Origin: a virus | Lineage: Duplodnaviria > Caudoviricetes | Length of the DNA stretch: 64,000 nucleotides | IMG/VR virus record: IMGVR_UViG_3300021399_000008 | Span: 52,329-116,328 of that record | Reading direction: 5' to 3' (one strand) | Shown here: positions 1-8,631 of the stretch, in pieces | Position numbering within the stretch: position 1 is the stretch's first letter | Layout: each line of letters opens with the position of its first letter | Notes under the pieces: model-generated | Seen by the model: only the letters and a program-made list of their open reading frames with translations | Told to the model about the DNA's origin: nothing | Databases searched by the model: none | Translations under genes and position numbers: made by a program

Positions 1-273
1 CTGGCTGCGGATGCTTTAGAACTGATAAGAGAATACGAGAAGTACAGGTGGCAACCAGCAGAACAAAAGCCGAAAGAACCTGGGTGGTACTGGGTGTATG
101 CTCCTACTTATCAAGGTGGATCGTCAACCTCTCGTGAACACCACGACGGAATCATGTTCGCGAAATGGAGCGGTACAGCCTGGAGTATAGAACGTGGCTA
201 CTACAACAGACCTGGCTGTGTGGAAGCATGGATGTTTCTTCCTAAGTCGCCAGTGAAGGAGAATATTAGATGA
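1..273 (+). CDS. DUF551-like phage protein (5' truncated)
   Basis: Frame open from base 1 to TGA 271-273; WQPAEQKP...VEAWMFLP resembles DUF551; ATGA overlap with next gene. Confidence 0.55.
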   Translation: MAADALELIREYEKYRWQPAEQKPKEPGWYWVYAPTYQGGSSTSREHHDGIMFAKWSGTAWSIERGYYNRPGCVEAWMFLPKSPVKENIR

Positions 274-506
274 GCGAATGGATCAGCGTTAAGGACCAGA
301 TGCCATCAGATAATCAGATGGTAATCGGTTATACACCAGTTGATGGTCGTATGTTCGTAGGATTCTATAGAACATTCCACTATTCACACATAGACAAACC
401 TTTGGGTTATTGGTACATCGGGACGGCTATGCGATCCACAAAGCGTATGACAAAAAAAGTAACGCACTGGATGTCATTGCCTAGTTCACCAAAGGAGGAG
501 AACTAA
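270..506 (+). CDS. DUF551 family protein
   Basis: MSEWISVKDQMP...VTHWMSLP is the typical DUF551 pattern; AAGGAG RBS. Confidence 0.8.
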   Translation: MSEWISVKDQMPSDNQMVIGYTPVDGRMFVGFYRTFHYSHIDKPLGYWYIGTAMRSTKRMTKKVTHWMSLPSSPKEEN

Positions 507-510
507 GATA

Positions 511-966
511 ATGACCGATAAAGATCTTCTGAATGAGGATATGAAGAACAGGATCATAGAAGCTGCGCATAAAGCGATCAGCATGAGCCGTGAAGATTCA
601 GATTGTGTTGATCGCACAGAAGTAGAAACCGAGGTTCTTCTTGGATTGTTGAAGATAGTAAGTATGCAGGATGAGAACTCAGATGAATGGATCAGCGTTA
701 AGGACCATCTTCCTCCGAGCCAGAAACATGTTCTGGCTGAGACAGACAAGTATGAATGCGTAGCCTTCTACGCTGAAAGATTCTCTGTCTCAGTCGGATA
801 CTATACTGACGATGAGATTGATTGTGAATACAACGAAGACTTGGACGAATACTTTCTGGCCGAAGGATGGTACGAGGTTGTCCATAACTGGGAAGAATAT
901 TCAAGTATTACGATTGAAGACGAAGTGATTGGCTGGATGGATTTGCCACGAAGATCGAAGGAGTAA
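511..966 (+). CDS. DUF551-domain protein with N-terminal extension
   Basis: Internal EWISVKDHLP...VIGWMDLP; GGAGG RBS. Confidence 0.75.
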   Translation: MTDKDLLNEDMKNRIIEAAHKAISMSREDSDCVDRTEVETEVLLGLLKIVSMQDENSDEWISVKDHLPPSQKHVLAETDKYECVAFYAERFSVSVGYYTDDEIDCEYNEDLDEYFLAEGWYEVVHNWEEYSSITIEDEVIGWMDLPRRSKE

Positions 967-968
967 GT

Positions 969-1178
969 ATGATCTACTGGGATTACACGCTTAACTGGAA
1001 ATATATCGTCGACAAAATGGAAGAGAAGTTTGGACTTAAACCAGACTCTACAGAGAAGCTTTCTATGGGTGAGATTGAGAGGAAGATCGAAGAGATCTGG
1101 GTAGAATATGTAGATATTTTGGATAAGAAATACACAGAAGCTGAGATTGTAGATTCTCTGGACAAGGAGATAGTGTGA
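969..1178 (+). CDS. hypothetical protein
   Basis: AAGGAG RBS; tight packing with neighbours. Confidence 0.65.
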   Translation: MIYWDYTLNWKYIVDKMEEKFGLKPDSTEKLSMGEIERKIEEIWVEYVDILDKKYTEAEIVDSLDKEIV

Positions 1179-1468
1179 TGAATTCGCCATTGACCGCTGA
1201 AGAAGTAGACAAGGTAGCAAGACAGTACCTGTGGAAACGGCACTGGCTGGAGAGAAACACAGGCGAATAGTATATTATCTAGATGGACATGATTGCTTAT
1301 TCCAGCAGAGGTAAGAATCTGATCTATCGCTTTACAGATCCTGAGCTGAGTACCTTCAGTCAGGAATTTTTTATGTGTCTGTTTTCAGAATACGGAGAGA
1401 CATGGAGACTGTGGGATAACGAACCTACAGAAGAAGAAAGGAAAACTGCTGAGTGGAAGACAGCTTAA
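1178..1468 (+). CDS. hypothetical protein with two in-frame TAG (1268, 1280)
   Basis: ATG overlaps upstream TGA after an AAGGAG RBS; reads ERNTGE*YII*MDMIAY into the 1283-1468 ORF. Confidence 0.7.
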
Positions 1469-1698
1469 AGATGTGTCCGTTATGTGGCGGCAACGCGGCT
1501 ATAAGTTTCTGGCTGGAAGAAGATGTTTACAGCTACGCAGCCGGAAGAATTCGATGTTCTGAATGCTTCGTAACACTGCAACGTCGGTTGGAGATTCAGT
1601 TCAACACGGAGAAGAATCCAGGTGAAACCTTTATGGATCTTGAGAAGGAACTGAAAACAACTTGGAACAGTCGCATTATGGAGGTAGCAAATGTCTGA
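1453..1698 (+). CDS. Lar-like (restriction alleviation family) zinc-binding protein
   Basis: LKMCPLCGG...CSEC...WNSR pattern. Confidence 0.65.
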   Translation: MEDSLKMCPLCGGNAAISFWLEEDVYSYAAGRIRCSECFVTLQRRLEIQFNTEKNPGETFMDLEKELKTTWNSRIMEVANV

Positions 1699-1837
1699 AA
1701 GAACAGTAATCCCGCATCGGAATTATAAATACCTGTCCGACTACTGGTGTGAGTGCGGCTGGCATCTTGGAAAGAAAGGTTCAGTGAAATACTGCGCTGA
1801 CTGCGGAAGGAAGATCGATTGGAATGATTATCGTTAA
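1691..1837 (+). CDS. small zinc-ribbon protein
   Basis: GGAGG RBS; CECG...YCADCGRKIDW. Confidence 0.6.
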   Translation: MSERTVIPHRNYKYLSDYWCECGWHLGKKGSVKYCADCGRKIDWNDYR

Positions 1838-2030
1838 ACGAGCCAAAGAAGGCATGCGGTGTAACTCGTGTTGTTCGGAGACTGGTGTCTACAATATAAC
1901 GATGTTCCGATATACTGGCCAAGGCACGCAGATTTCGTTATGTGATGCTTGTATCGCAGACGTATACAAAGGGTATATTAAATGTAACAACGGCAACAAC
2001 GAGGTAAAAGAGCTTGAACGAGATAAATAA
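1824..2030 (+). CDS. hypothetical Cys-containing protein
   Basis: CNSC...LCDAC; overlaps both neighbours. Confidence 0.55.
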   Translation: MIIVKRAKEGMRCNSCCSETGVYNITMFRYTGQGTQISLCDACIADVYKGYIKCNNGNNEVKELERDK

Positions 2031-2313
2031 AGCAGACGAAAAGGATGAACTCGATGAACTCGATGAACTCATGACTGCTCTGGAGAATGCGGGTATTCTT
2101 TGCGGCTGGTCAAAGTTTATGGGTAGAACAGATGAGATAACGTGCAAAGACTGTCTTCTGAATCGTAACTGTCCTTGCGGATATTCAGCCGGGAACGCTG
2201 CTTGTCTGACTGTGAGGCAGCAACATCTGGACGAAACAATGATGGAGTTTGACGCTTACCATGACGAGATGGACGGTATAGCTGAACAGTGCGAAATGGA
2301 GTCTTCACAGTGA
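2014..2313 (+). CDS. hypothetical protein
   Basis: ORF track; CKDCLLNRNC motif resembles CRGCLFNCRC in 2644-3498. Confidence 0.55.
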   Translation: MNEINKADEKDELDELDELMTALENAGILCGWSKFMGRTDEITCKDCLLNRNCPCGYSAGNAACLTVRQQHLDETMMEFDAYHDEMDGIAEQCEMESSQ

Positions 2314-2639
2314 TTATAAAATATAAGCCAAACAAAATCACAGCGACTCTGCAAGCTGTTGTAGCCGGAGAGTTTCACGACGGTGCTACAGGAGAAACGG
2401 TTCGCCACTGTGTGGAGCAACAGTTAAGACATGCAGGGTTCGATGTTAATGTAAAACTAAAACATTACACCAGAGATCGCATTTCGATAGAAGAAACAAA
2501 GATTACAGCAGGTTTGCAGTTAAGAGTTACTGGAGAGTTTTACGATGACGAAGCATCAGAAGAAACACTTCGCTACTGTGTTGAACAGGATCTGGAAGAC
2601 GCTGGGTTCTACGCTTATGTAAACGTTATAAGGAATTAA
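2289..2639 (+). CDS. hypothetical protein with internal duplication (start possibly GTG 2310)
   Basis: Two copies of ITAxLQxxVxGEFxDxAxxETxRxCVEQxLxxAGF. Confidence 0.65.
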   Translation: MRNGVFTVIIKYKPNKITATLQAVVAGEFHDGATGETVRHCVEQQLRHAGFDVNVKLKHYTRDRISIEETKITAGLQLRVTGEFYDDEASEETLRYCVEQDLEDAGFYAYVNVIRN

Positions 2640-2643
2640 AAAC

Positions 2644-3498
2644 ATGGAAAAGCAGGAGAAGGTTTGGACAAAACCGGAAATCGTTGAACTGATACAAACC
2701 AATGATCGTGTATTATATAAAGCATTGAAAACGCTTTATAACGAACAAAGCGAATCTGAACAAGAAGATAGTGAGACTATCGAAAGTAATGGCTCTGGAT
2801 TCAATAAGATAGATGCTGAGTTTATGTCAGGCATCGTTAAGTTTCTAGACAAAAGAGGATTTCTAACAGATAAACAAAAAGAAGTTACTCGCAAGAAACT
2901 AGTTAAATATGCCGGGCAGCTTACAAGGTTGGCGAACCATCAACCAGCATATGAACCGCCGCAACCGAGAGTTCCAAAAGAAAAACCGAAAAAGAAACAG
3001 GTTGTAAACAAAGAAGTAAAATGCAGAGGTTGTCTGTTCAACTGTAGGTGTGCTTATGTTAATTCAGCTGGAAGTACAGGGTGCGTTTTAACTAGACAAC
3101 ACATGGATGGCGAAAGGGATTGGGTAATCGAAAAACATTTTCCTGATCTTGTTAAAACTGAGAGCGACAAAGCACCATGTCCGTTGTGCGGTGGTGTGCC
3201 GTCTGTTCAAGAACAAGAAATATATTTCGGTAGACCGGATCATAAATGGAGTTGCATACGGCATTATCTAAGGAATATCGTTTGCACAAAGTGCGGACTT
3301 CAGACAAGAAAGTTGTTATACAACACAGAATACGATGACTCGGATACTGTTTGTTCTCTGGGTCGTTACGCATCAGATTCTGAAGTATGGGAAGACTGGG
3401 ATAAGATAACCACAACATTTCGCATAGCGGAAGCTTTCGAATCTCTTTTAGATAAACAAGATGGGAGAACTGGCGATGATTGCGAACATACCGACTGA
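2644..3498 (+). CDS. multi-domain hypothetical protein with C-terminal Lar-like zinc finger
   Basis: N-terminal NGSGFNKIDAEF region; later PCPLCGG...CTKCG. Confidence 0.65.
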   Translation: MEKQEKVWTKPEIVELIQTNDRVLYKALKTLYNEQSESEQEDSETIESNGSGFNKIDAEFMSGIVKFLDKRGFLTDKQKEVTRKKLVKYAGQLTRLANHQPAYEPPQPRVPKEKPKKKQVVNKEVKCRGCLFNCRCAYVNSAGSTGCVLTRQHMDGERDWVIEKHFPDLVKTESDKAPCPLCGGVPSVQEQEIYFGRPDHKWSCIRHYLRNIVCTKCGLQTRKLLYNTEYDDSDTVCSLGRYASDSEVWEDWDKITTTFRIAEAFESLLDKQDGRTGDDCEHTD

Positions 3499-3652
3499 AG
3501 TAGTCCCTGTGTGGTATATAGAGAAGTGGGCGAAAAATAATTCTGAGGATGGATCTATTCTCAGCAACTGGATAAAACGGCTGCTGAAAGACTGGCAGGA
3601 GTCTAAGGATAATCTGAGTGGAGGACATAATGACAGGACAGGAACTGATTAA
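3461..3652 (+). CDS. hypothetical protein
   Basis: ORF track; fills the gap between neighbouring genes. Confidence 0.5.
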   Translation: MGELAMIANIPTEVVPVWYIEKWAKNNSEDGSILSNWIKRLLKDWQESKDNLSGGHNDRTGTD

Positions 3653-3878
3653 TTGGATCGTAGAACACAACGCTCAGGATATGCAGTGTGTGGTGCAGTA
3701 CCGTGACGACAGCAACGCTTACTTGGAGCCGTTGAGCAGGTGGAATGAAGGCAGCATATCCAAACCCCCGGTGCTCGCTTCATATAAGGCTTACGACGCA
3801 CCGTATGATAACGAGGTTGAAATCAAGTTCGAAATAGATAAACCGATCTGTTTCGATCCTCTCTGTTTTGTCCTTTGA
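3618..3878 (+). CDS. hypothetical protein, MTGxELIxWI family (start probably 3630)
   Basis: N-terminus shared with 3885-4121 and 9389-9571. Confidence 0.65.
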   Translation: MEDIMTGQELINWIVEHNAQDMQCVVQYRDDSNAYLEPLSRWNEGSISKPPVLASYKAYDAPYDNEVEIKFEIDKPICFDPLCFVL

Positions 3879-3884
3879 GAATAG

Positions 3885-4121
3885 GTGATGAAAATGACAG
3901 GACTTGAACTGATTAAATGGATCATAAAACACGACGCTGAGGATAAGGAAATCATTATTGAACACAGAGACAGCGGCGGTTCGTACCGCACAGCAGAACG
4001 ACTTGGCGAGTTCTCTGATCCTGCTTTTGTAATGTTTTCTGACGAAGGGTACGGAGTCATATCAAAGCTAGAATACGAGTACGATGTGAAAGACTTTAAG
4101 CCAAACGGCGTTGTACTTTAA
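3885..4121 (+). CDS. hypothetical protein, MTGxELIxWI family
   Basis: MTGLELIKWII; paralog of the upstream gene. Confidence 0.65.
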   Translation: MMKMTGLELIKWIIKHDAEDKEIIIEHRDSGGSYRTAERLGEFSDPAFVMFSDEGYGVISKLEYEYDVKDFKPNGVVL

Positions 4122-4136
4122 CTGGGAGACTGAATA

Positions 4137-5108
4137 ATGCTTAATGTTGTATATACACATACAGGAAAAATATTTGTAGACACAGAGAAACGACTGGAGT
4201 TTTTAACAGTAGGCGACTACGGGAAAGAGAATAATATAAAAGCAGATTTTCTTGGATTCACAAAGGAAATTAATGGCGTTGCAAATACAGCGGTTGACTT
4301 AAGGAAAAAGTGGGTTGCAACGATCAGCACCCAACATGGATGTCCTATGAAGTGTCGGTTCTGCGACTGTCCGAAGTTTGGATATTACGGAAACGTGACA
4401 CAGGATCTCCTTAAATACCAAATTGAAACAATCCTCCAGTCAGAAACATTGGACACTACAGATAGATTCAACGTTCATTACGCAAGAATGGGAGAGCCGA
4501 CATTTAACCAGAACGTTCTTAAATTTTCTGAAGATCAGTTAAGACAGGTGGTCGGCACTTATATCAGCGCAAAAACCATACATCCGGTTGTTTCCACGAT
4601 GCTTCCAAAATCAAACAAAAACTTAGCCGCATTTCTTTTCGACTGGTGTAATATCAAAAACAATATATACAAAGGAGAAGCAGGTCTTCAGCTTTCTATT
4701 AACTCTACTAATGATAAACAGCGGTCATGGCAGTTTAATGATATGTCTATGGATCTGCGTGACATTGCGGCTCTTGCTGAAAAACTTCCTGATCCAGTTG
4801 GGAGGAAATATACACTTAACTTTGCGGTGACAAAAGATACAATTCTTGATGCAGAGAAATTATCAGCACTGTTTGATACGAATAAGTTTATAGTAAAGAT
4901 TACGCCGATTCATCAGACAAACGCTGCGCTTACAAACAACTTTGATGTAACGACTTCCTATGCAGATTATGATGTATATCGGGATTTTGAACAGCCTCTG
5001 CTGGACTGCGGCTGGGATGTGATTGTATTCGTTCCTAGCGTGGAAGAAGATAGCGACAGAATTACCTGCGGTAACGCACTGATTTCCGACGCAAATAAAT
5101 CGGAGTAA
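4137..5108 (+). CDS. radical SAM enzyme, RlmN/Cfr-like RNA methyltransferase family
   Basis: ISTQHGCPMKCRFC (CxxxCxxC), MGEP motif, C-terminal ITCG matching the RlmN AACG cysteine. Confidence 0.8.
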   Translation: MLNVVYTHTGKIFVDTEKRLEFLTVGDYGKENNIKADFLGFTKEINGVANTAVDLRKKWVATISTQHGCPMKCRFCDCPKFGYYGNVTQDLLKYQIETILQSETLDTTDRFNVHYARMGEPTFNQNVLKFSEDQLRQVVGTYISAKTIHPVVSTMLPKSNKNLAAFLFDWCNIKNNIYKGEAGLQLSINSTNDKQRSWQFNDMSMDLRDIAALAEKLPDPVGRKYTLNFAVTKDTILDAEKLSALFDTNKFIVKITPIHQTNAALTNNFDVTTSYADYDVYRDFEQPLLDCGWDVIVFVPSVEEDSDRITCGNALISDANKSE

Positions 5109-5110
5109 AA

Positions 5111-5284
5111 ATGAAAATAACGATAGAAATTCCACCTGAATACGAGAGTGAATTTGAAAAAGACAAATTCGAAAATACGCTCCAACGAATGAAAGCCGAT
5201 GCACATTGTTTAGCAGGAAACTATGAGAAAGAAACTATAAACATGCTGATAGAAGCATTTAAGAACGCAAAGTCAGTGAGTTAA
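5111..5284 (+). CDS. small hypothetical protein (57 aa)
   Basis: MKITIEIP...; its TAA lies inside the repeat copy at 5281. Confidence 0.6.
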   Translation: MKITIEIPPEYESEFEKDKFENTLQRMKADAHCLAGNYEKETINMLIEAFKNAKSVS

Positions 5285-5297
5285 ATAGGAGTTTAAC

Positions 5298-5411
5298 ATG
5301 TATATATTTGTAATACTTGCCGTTTTTGATTCGGTGATTATATGTCGCGCGATTATCAATATCGAAATTGAGATTGAGAGAATCAGGAAATGTTTAGAAG
5401 ATCACAAATGA
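5298..5411 (+). CDS. small hydrophobic peptide (37 aa)
   Basis: RBS TAGGAG supplied by the repeat spacer. Confidence 0.45.
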   Translation: MYIFVILAVFDSVIICRAIINIEIEIERIRKCLEDHK

Positions 5412-5431
5412 CAAAAATTGGAGGATAAAAC

Positions 5432-5608
5432 ATGACGGTCAAAGATGCAATGGACACGATTAAAGCTGCGAAAGTATACTCCAAATTTCTGTGTCAACTG
5501 GCTGACAAAGAACAGGACGAGCATTTTAAAGACTACTTAGAAGAATCATCCGAATTGCTTGAAGAATATGTGGGTGTGCTTGAACAAATGAAGGTGCAGG
5601 GGACTTAA
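5432..5608 (+). CDS. small hypothetical protein
   Basis: GGAGG RBS; stop inside the repeat at 5605. Confidence 0.6.
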   Translation: MTVKDAMDTIKAAKVYSKFLCQLADKEQDEHFKDYLEESSELLEEYVGVLEQMKVQGT

Positions 5609-5621
5609 ATAGGAGTTTATA

Positions 5622-5771
5622 ATGATTGTTATAGGCAAACGTGCGTACGGCACGGATCGGTTCAGATGGTTTTATCACCCGTTGTTGCCGCAGAACGAAA
5701 AGGAATTCTTTCATTTCTTTGTCTGGTTCGGCAAGAATTGGTATATATGTTGGCATAAGAAAGGTAAATAA
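5622..5771 (+). CDS. small hypothetical protein (cassette)
   Basis: Bounded by repeats at 5605 and 5764. Confidence 0.55.
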   Translation: MIVIGKRAYGTDRFRWFYHPLLPQNEKEFFHFFVWFGKNWYICWHKKGK

Positions 5772-5798
5772 CCATTTGAAAAAGGTTGGGCTTAATCC

Positions 5799-5960
5799 AT
5801 GATTGAAAAGTTTCACATAGATGGCGGCGTCAACGATTATGCTACGATCCAAGAACCTGATAAGCACGAGGATGAACGCAAGCAGTTGATCAATGAAGGA
5901 TATCAACTTTGGAGCAGATATGTTAAAGACGGTAAGCAAGAAGAGCTGTGGGTTAAATAA
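5799..5960 (+). CDS. small hypothetical protein (cassette)
   Basis: Bounded by repeats at 5764 and 5953. Confidence 0.55.
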   Translation: MIEKFHIDGGVNDYATIQEPDKHEDERKQLINEGYQLWSRYVKDGKQEELWVK

Positions 5961-5983
5961 CCATTTAAGACTGGAGGAATAAA

Positions 5984-6193
5984 ATGTCTTTTGCAGATGC
6001 TGTTTTAGCTATGAAACAGGGAAAGAGAGTGCGTCTGCCGTGGTGGGGAGGATACTGGTACATCGCAAACAACACACTCAGAATACATTGTGCAGACGAT
6101 GACGACTTTAATGCATTTAGCAGAGAAAACACAGAACCGCTTTACACTTTGTCATTTATGACTGCAAACTGTTGGGAGTTAGTCCAGGATTAA
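5984..6193 (+). CDS. DUF2829/Tad2-like small protein (cassette)
   Basis: MSFADAVLAMKQGKRVRLPWW...ANCWELV. Confidence 0.6.
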   Translation: MSFADAVLAMKQGKRVRLPWWGGYWYIANNTLRIHCADDDDFNAFSRENTEPLYTLSFMTANCWELVQD

Positions 6194-6212
6194 ATAACCC
6201 GAGGTGGGATCA

Positions 6213-6353
6213 ATGCACAAATATATTCGTAGTATTCTTAGGTTTACCATTCGACACAAAAAGATCGATCAGATTTTCAGCAAATGGCAGTGGTTTAGGA
6301 TTCTGTGCTACGAGGAAGCGCAAGCGGTTATTGGAAATAGGCCGTGGATGTAA
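6213..6353 (+). CDS. small hypothetical protein (cassette)
   Basis: GAGGTG RBS; bounded by repeats at 6190 and 6355. Confidence 0.5.
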   Translation: MHKYIRSILRFTIRHKKIDQIFSKWQWFRILCYEEAQAVIGNRPWM

Positions 6354-6385
6354 TTTAAATAACACTGTTACAAGGAGAAAATGAA

Positions 6386-6616
6386 ATGTACGTCAGAGAT
6401 TTGAACGGCGGAAAACCAATTGTATTCAAAACTGTGGTTAGTTATTGTCCTCCAGATTGCGGAGGTGCGGACGAAGATGAAATTGATTATGAGGCGTTTT
6501 GCCCGGTTTGCGATCGTAGATTCGATGATTTAGATCACGACAAGTTTTGTAGAGAGTGTGGCACAAAATTGTACTGGCCTGCCAAATGGCCAATAATTAA
6601 GAAAATCGATAATTAA
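6386..6616 (+). CDS. zinc-ribbon protein (cassette)
   Basis: CPVC...FCRECGTKLYW. Confidence 0.65.
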   Translation: MYVRDLNGGKPIVFKTVVSYCPPDCGGADEDEIDYEAFCPVCDRRFDDLDHDKFCRECGTKLYWPAKWPIIKKIDN

Positions 6617-6629
6617 ATAACTCTTTAAT

Positions 6630-6730
6630 TTTCTGACATATGCCGGATGCCATAGGGCGGCGTAGTGGTGACTTTCGGTGGCTCGGTTCGACTCCGGGGC
6701 TGTCCGTGGTTTTAACTTATGTCAGTAAAC
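6630..6730 (+). ncRNA. putative structured, tRNA-like RNA occupying one cassette
   Basis: T-arm CTCGG-TTCGACT-CCGGG, acceptor-like stem, outer stem CTGACATA/TATGTCAG; no complete anticodon arm. Confidence 0.35.
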
Positions 6731-6755
6731 CGAACCTTAAATAGGAGCTTATAAT

Positions 6756-6926
6756 ATGAAAGCAATTATAACATTTAACGCCCATCTTGAAATTGATATT
6801 GATGACAAATCGCGGGATGAAATAGTTTCAGAGGACGTGCAAATCGTACAGATGAAACATCTGCTAATGGAAGAATGCGGTTGCGAGCACGTTGAAATAA
6901 GCGAGTATCATATGGAACTTAAATAA
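6756..6926 (+). CDS. small hypothetical protein (cassette)
   Basis: Bounded by repeats at 6737 and 6919. Confidence 0.6.
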   Translation: MKAIITFNAHLEIDIDDKSRDEIVSEDVQIVQMKHLLMEECGCEHVEISEYHMELK

Positions 6927-6957
6927 CCCATTAAATAAAGGTAGGCGGCGAAGCGAA

Positions 6958-7119
6958 ATGAAAATAAGAGTATGGGCGCATACGGATGTAGTCGGGAGTA
7001 TGACCGAAGACGTTATAGAAGTTGAAGACGGTTTAACTGAAGAACAAATTGACGAAGAGGCAAGAGATTATATTTTCAATTTTGTCGAATGGGGATGGGA
7101 AACAGAGCAAGATGATTAA
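6958..7119 (+). CDS. small acidic hypothetical protein
   Basis: MKIRVWAHT...FNFVEWGWE. Confidence 0.6.
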   Translation: MKIRVWAHTDVVGSMTEDVIEVEDGLTEEQIDEEARDYIFNFVEWGWETEQDD

Positions 7120-7156
7120 CAGAGACGAGATTAAAACTATAACGGAGTGATTGTGA

Positions 7157-7372
7157 ATGACATTCGCAGAAGCGTACCGTGAGATGCGTAACGGAAAGTG
7201 TATTGCCCACGAAGAATTTGACGGAGACTATTGGACATGGGAAAACAATACCGTGATGTTCAACAGCAATACTGGTCTTCGTTATCCTATACAGGGTGCG
7301 CCTGATATTGGCCGTGTCTTTGATTGTATCGTAGAAGATAAATGGAACGTAGTTTATCCTGAATTCGAATAA
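7157..7372 (+). CDS. DUF2829/Tad2-like small protein
   Basis: MTFAEAYREMRNGKCI...EDKWNVV; similar to 5984-6193. Confidence 0.5.
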   Translation: MTFAEAYREMRNGKCIAHEEFDGDYWTWENNTVMFNSNTGLRYPIQGAPDIGRVFDCIVEDKWNVVYPEFE

Positions 7373-7405
7373 GTCTGAGTAAAAGAGTAGAAGGAGATTA
7401 AGGTT

Positions 7406-7579
7406 ATGACGATTAATGAACTGGTTGAGATCCTTGGACGTTTCGATGGAATGACTGAAGTGTGTGTGACTGTTGACAGGAAGCATAAAGGTATTAAAGG
7501 TATCAGCAATATTAAGAAGCTGACGAATGAAGACGGTGTTGTAACTGAAGAGAACCAGGTACAGATTAAGCTGAGGTAA
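7406..7579 (+). CDS. small hypothetical protein
   Basis: AAGGAG RBS; MTINELVEILGRFD. Confidence 0.6.
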   Translation: MTINELVEILGRFDGMTEVCVTVDRKHKGIKGISNIKKLTNEDGVVTEENQVQIKLR

Positions 7580-7581
7580 AT

Positions 7582-7917
7582 ATGAGACCAGTAGATTGTG
7601 ACGCTTTGGTCACATTCCTGCGCAACATGGCAGGGTGCGATACATGTGACAATTACGATAGAATAAAATGCAGGGCCTGCCCGTGGGATGACGCGATTAC
7701 TGCTGTAGATGACTTCGGCGACAACCATCCTCTTGGCTTTGGACGCTGGAAGAAAGAACTCGGAGGCGCTAGTCCAGGTGGAACTCCTACTTATGTCTGC
7801 TGTTCCTGTGGTGGATCAGAGCATTTGTATGGAGCAGAATACCCAAAGAAGAGGCTGATCTGTAAACAGTGCGGATCGATTAACGTATACCCGTGGGAGA
7901 AAGTGGAGATAGAATAA
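7582..7917 (+). CDS. Cys-rich zinc-binding phage protein
   Basis: MRPVDCDAL...CSCG...CKQCG. Confidence 0.65.
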   Translation: MRPVDCDALVTFLRNMAGCDTCDNYDRIKCRACPWDDAITAVDDFGDNHPLGFGRWKKELGGASPGGTPTYVCCSCGGSEHLYGAEYPKKRLICKQCGSINVYPWEKVEIE

Positions 7918-8423
7918 TGGTTGTATATTCAGTTACGCTGACGAGTCCCAGTGGAACCCGTGCCGCAGACAGCGACGGAAACTACGCTGAGACTTTGTAC
8001 ACCACGAGAGAGATAGCGCAGAAGAAAGCTGATATCTTAAACACATTAGGCGATTACAACCTTTGGCGCTGGGGCGTCGAGGAAAAGAATATCAGGGACT
8101 CCGTAGAATCGCTCTGGTTCTACGGAGAATATTATCCTTATTCAGGTAAGCTGGAGATATATGAAGGCTGCGCGTACGAGGATATACCTGAGGTAAGAAG
8201 AGATTATCCTGATATTGTGTACGGAGAATTGGCTAAGAACCCGTCTTATATAGTGTATGAGTTCGTTATGCCGTACGATGAGTCATTGAGAACTTGGGAA
8301 GATGTAGCAGCCTGTGTCCGCAGCAGATATGAGCTGATCACGAAAGAGTTTAAGCGCACAAAAGGTGAACTCGGAGAAGTGATCTATACTGAGAAGAAAC
8401 GGAAGAAGAAAAAGGATGAGTAA
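7917..8423 (+). CDS. hypothetical protein
   Basis: TAATG overlap with the upstream gene. Confidence 0.65.
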   Translation: MVVYSVTLTSPSGTRAADSDGNYAETLYTTREIAQKKADILNTLGDYNLWRWGVEEKNIRDSVESLWFYGEYYPYSGKLEIYEGCAYEDIPEVRRDYPDIVYGELAKNPSYIVYEFVMPYDESLRTWEDVAACVRSRYELITKEFKRTKGELGEVIYTEKKRKKKKDE

Positions 8424-8631
8424 CTGGAGAGACAATCCGATTACCGAGAAGCAGGTTGAATATATAAGGCAGATGCAGCTGGACGCAGAGATGAATGGCG
8501 CGATACCTTTGCCTCCGTTCAGAGGAAGTACCAGAGGAGAAGCCAGTGATTACATCGACGCGAATAAAGGCAGGCAATACGAAGCCTTCGATTACTACGG
8601 CCATGGCGATAACTATGGAGACAGAGTATGA
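8416..8631 (+). CDS. hypothetical protein
   Basis: ITEKQVEYI...TRGEASDYI, a recurrent small phage motif. Confidence 0.65.
   Translation: MSNWRDNPITEKQVEYIRQMQLDAEMNGAIPLPPFRGSTRGEASDYIDANKGRQYEAFDYYGHGDNYGDRV

Larger units (their letters stand above)
5281..6934 (+). repeat. nine copies of a 16-bp quasi-palindrome TTAAA-N6-TTTAA (consensus TTAAATA[A/G]nnnTTTAA) at gene junctions
   Basis: Copies start at 5281, 5605, 5764, 5953, 6190, 6355, 6613, 6737, 6919; the right arm is degenerate in some. Confidence 0.85.

Noticed and set aside
5281-6934. CRISPR array
   Set aside because: Repeats are 16 bp and degenerate, and the spacers are whole genes of variable length
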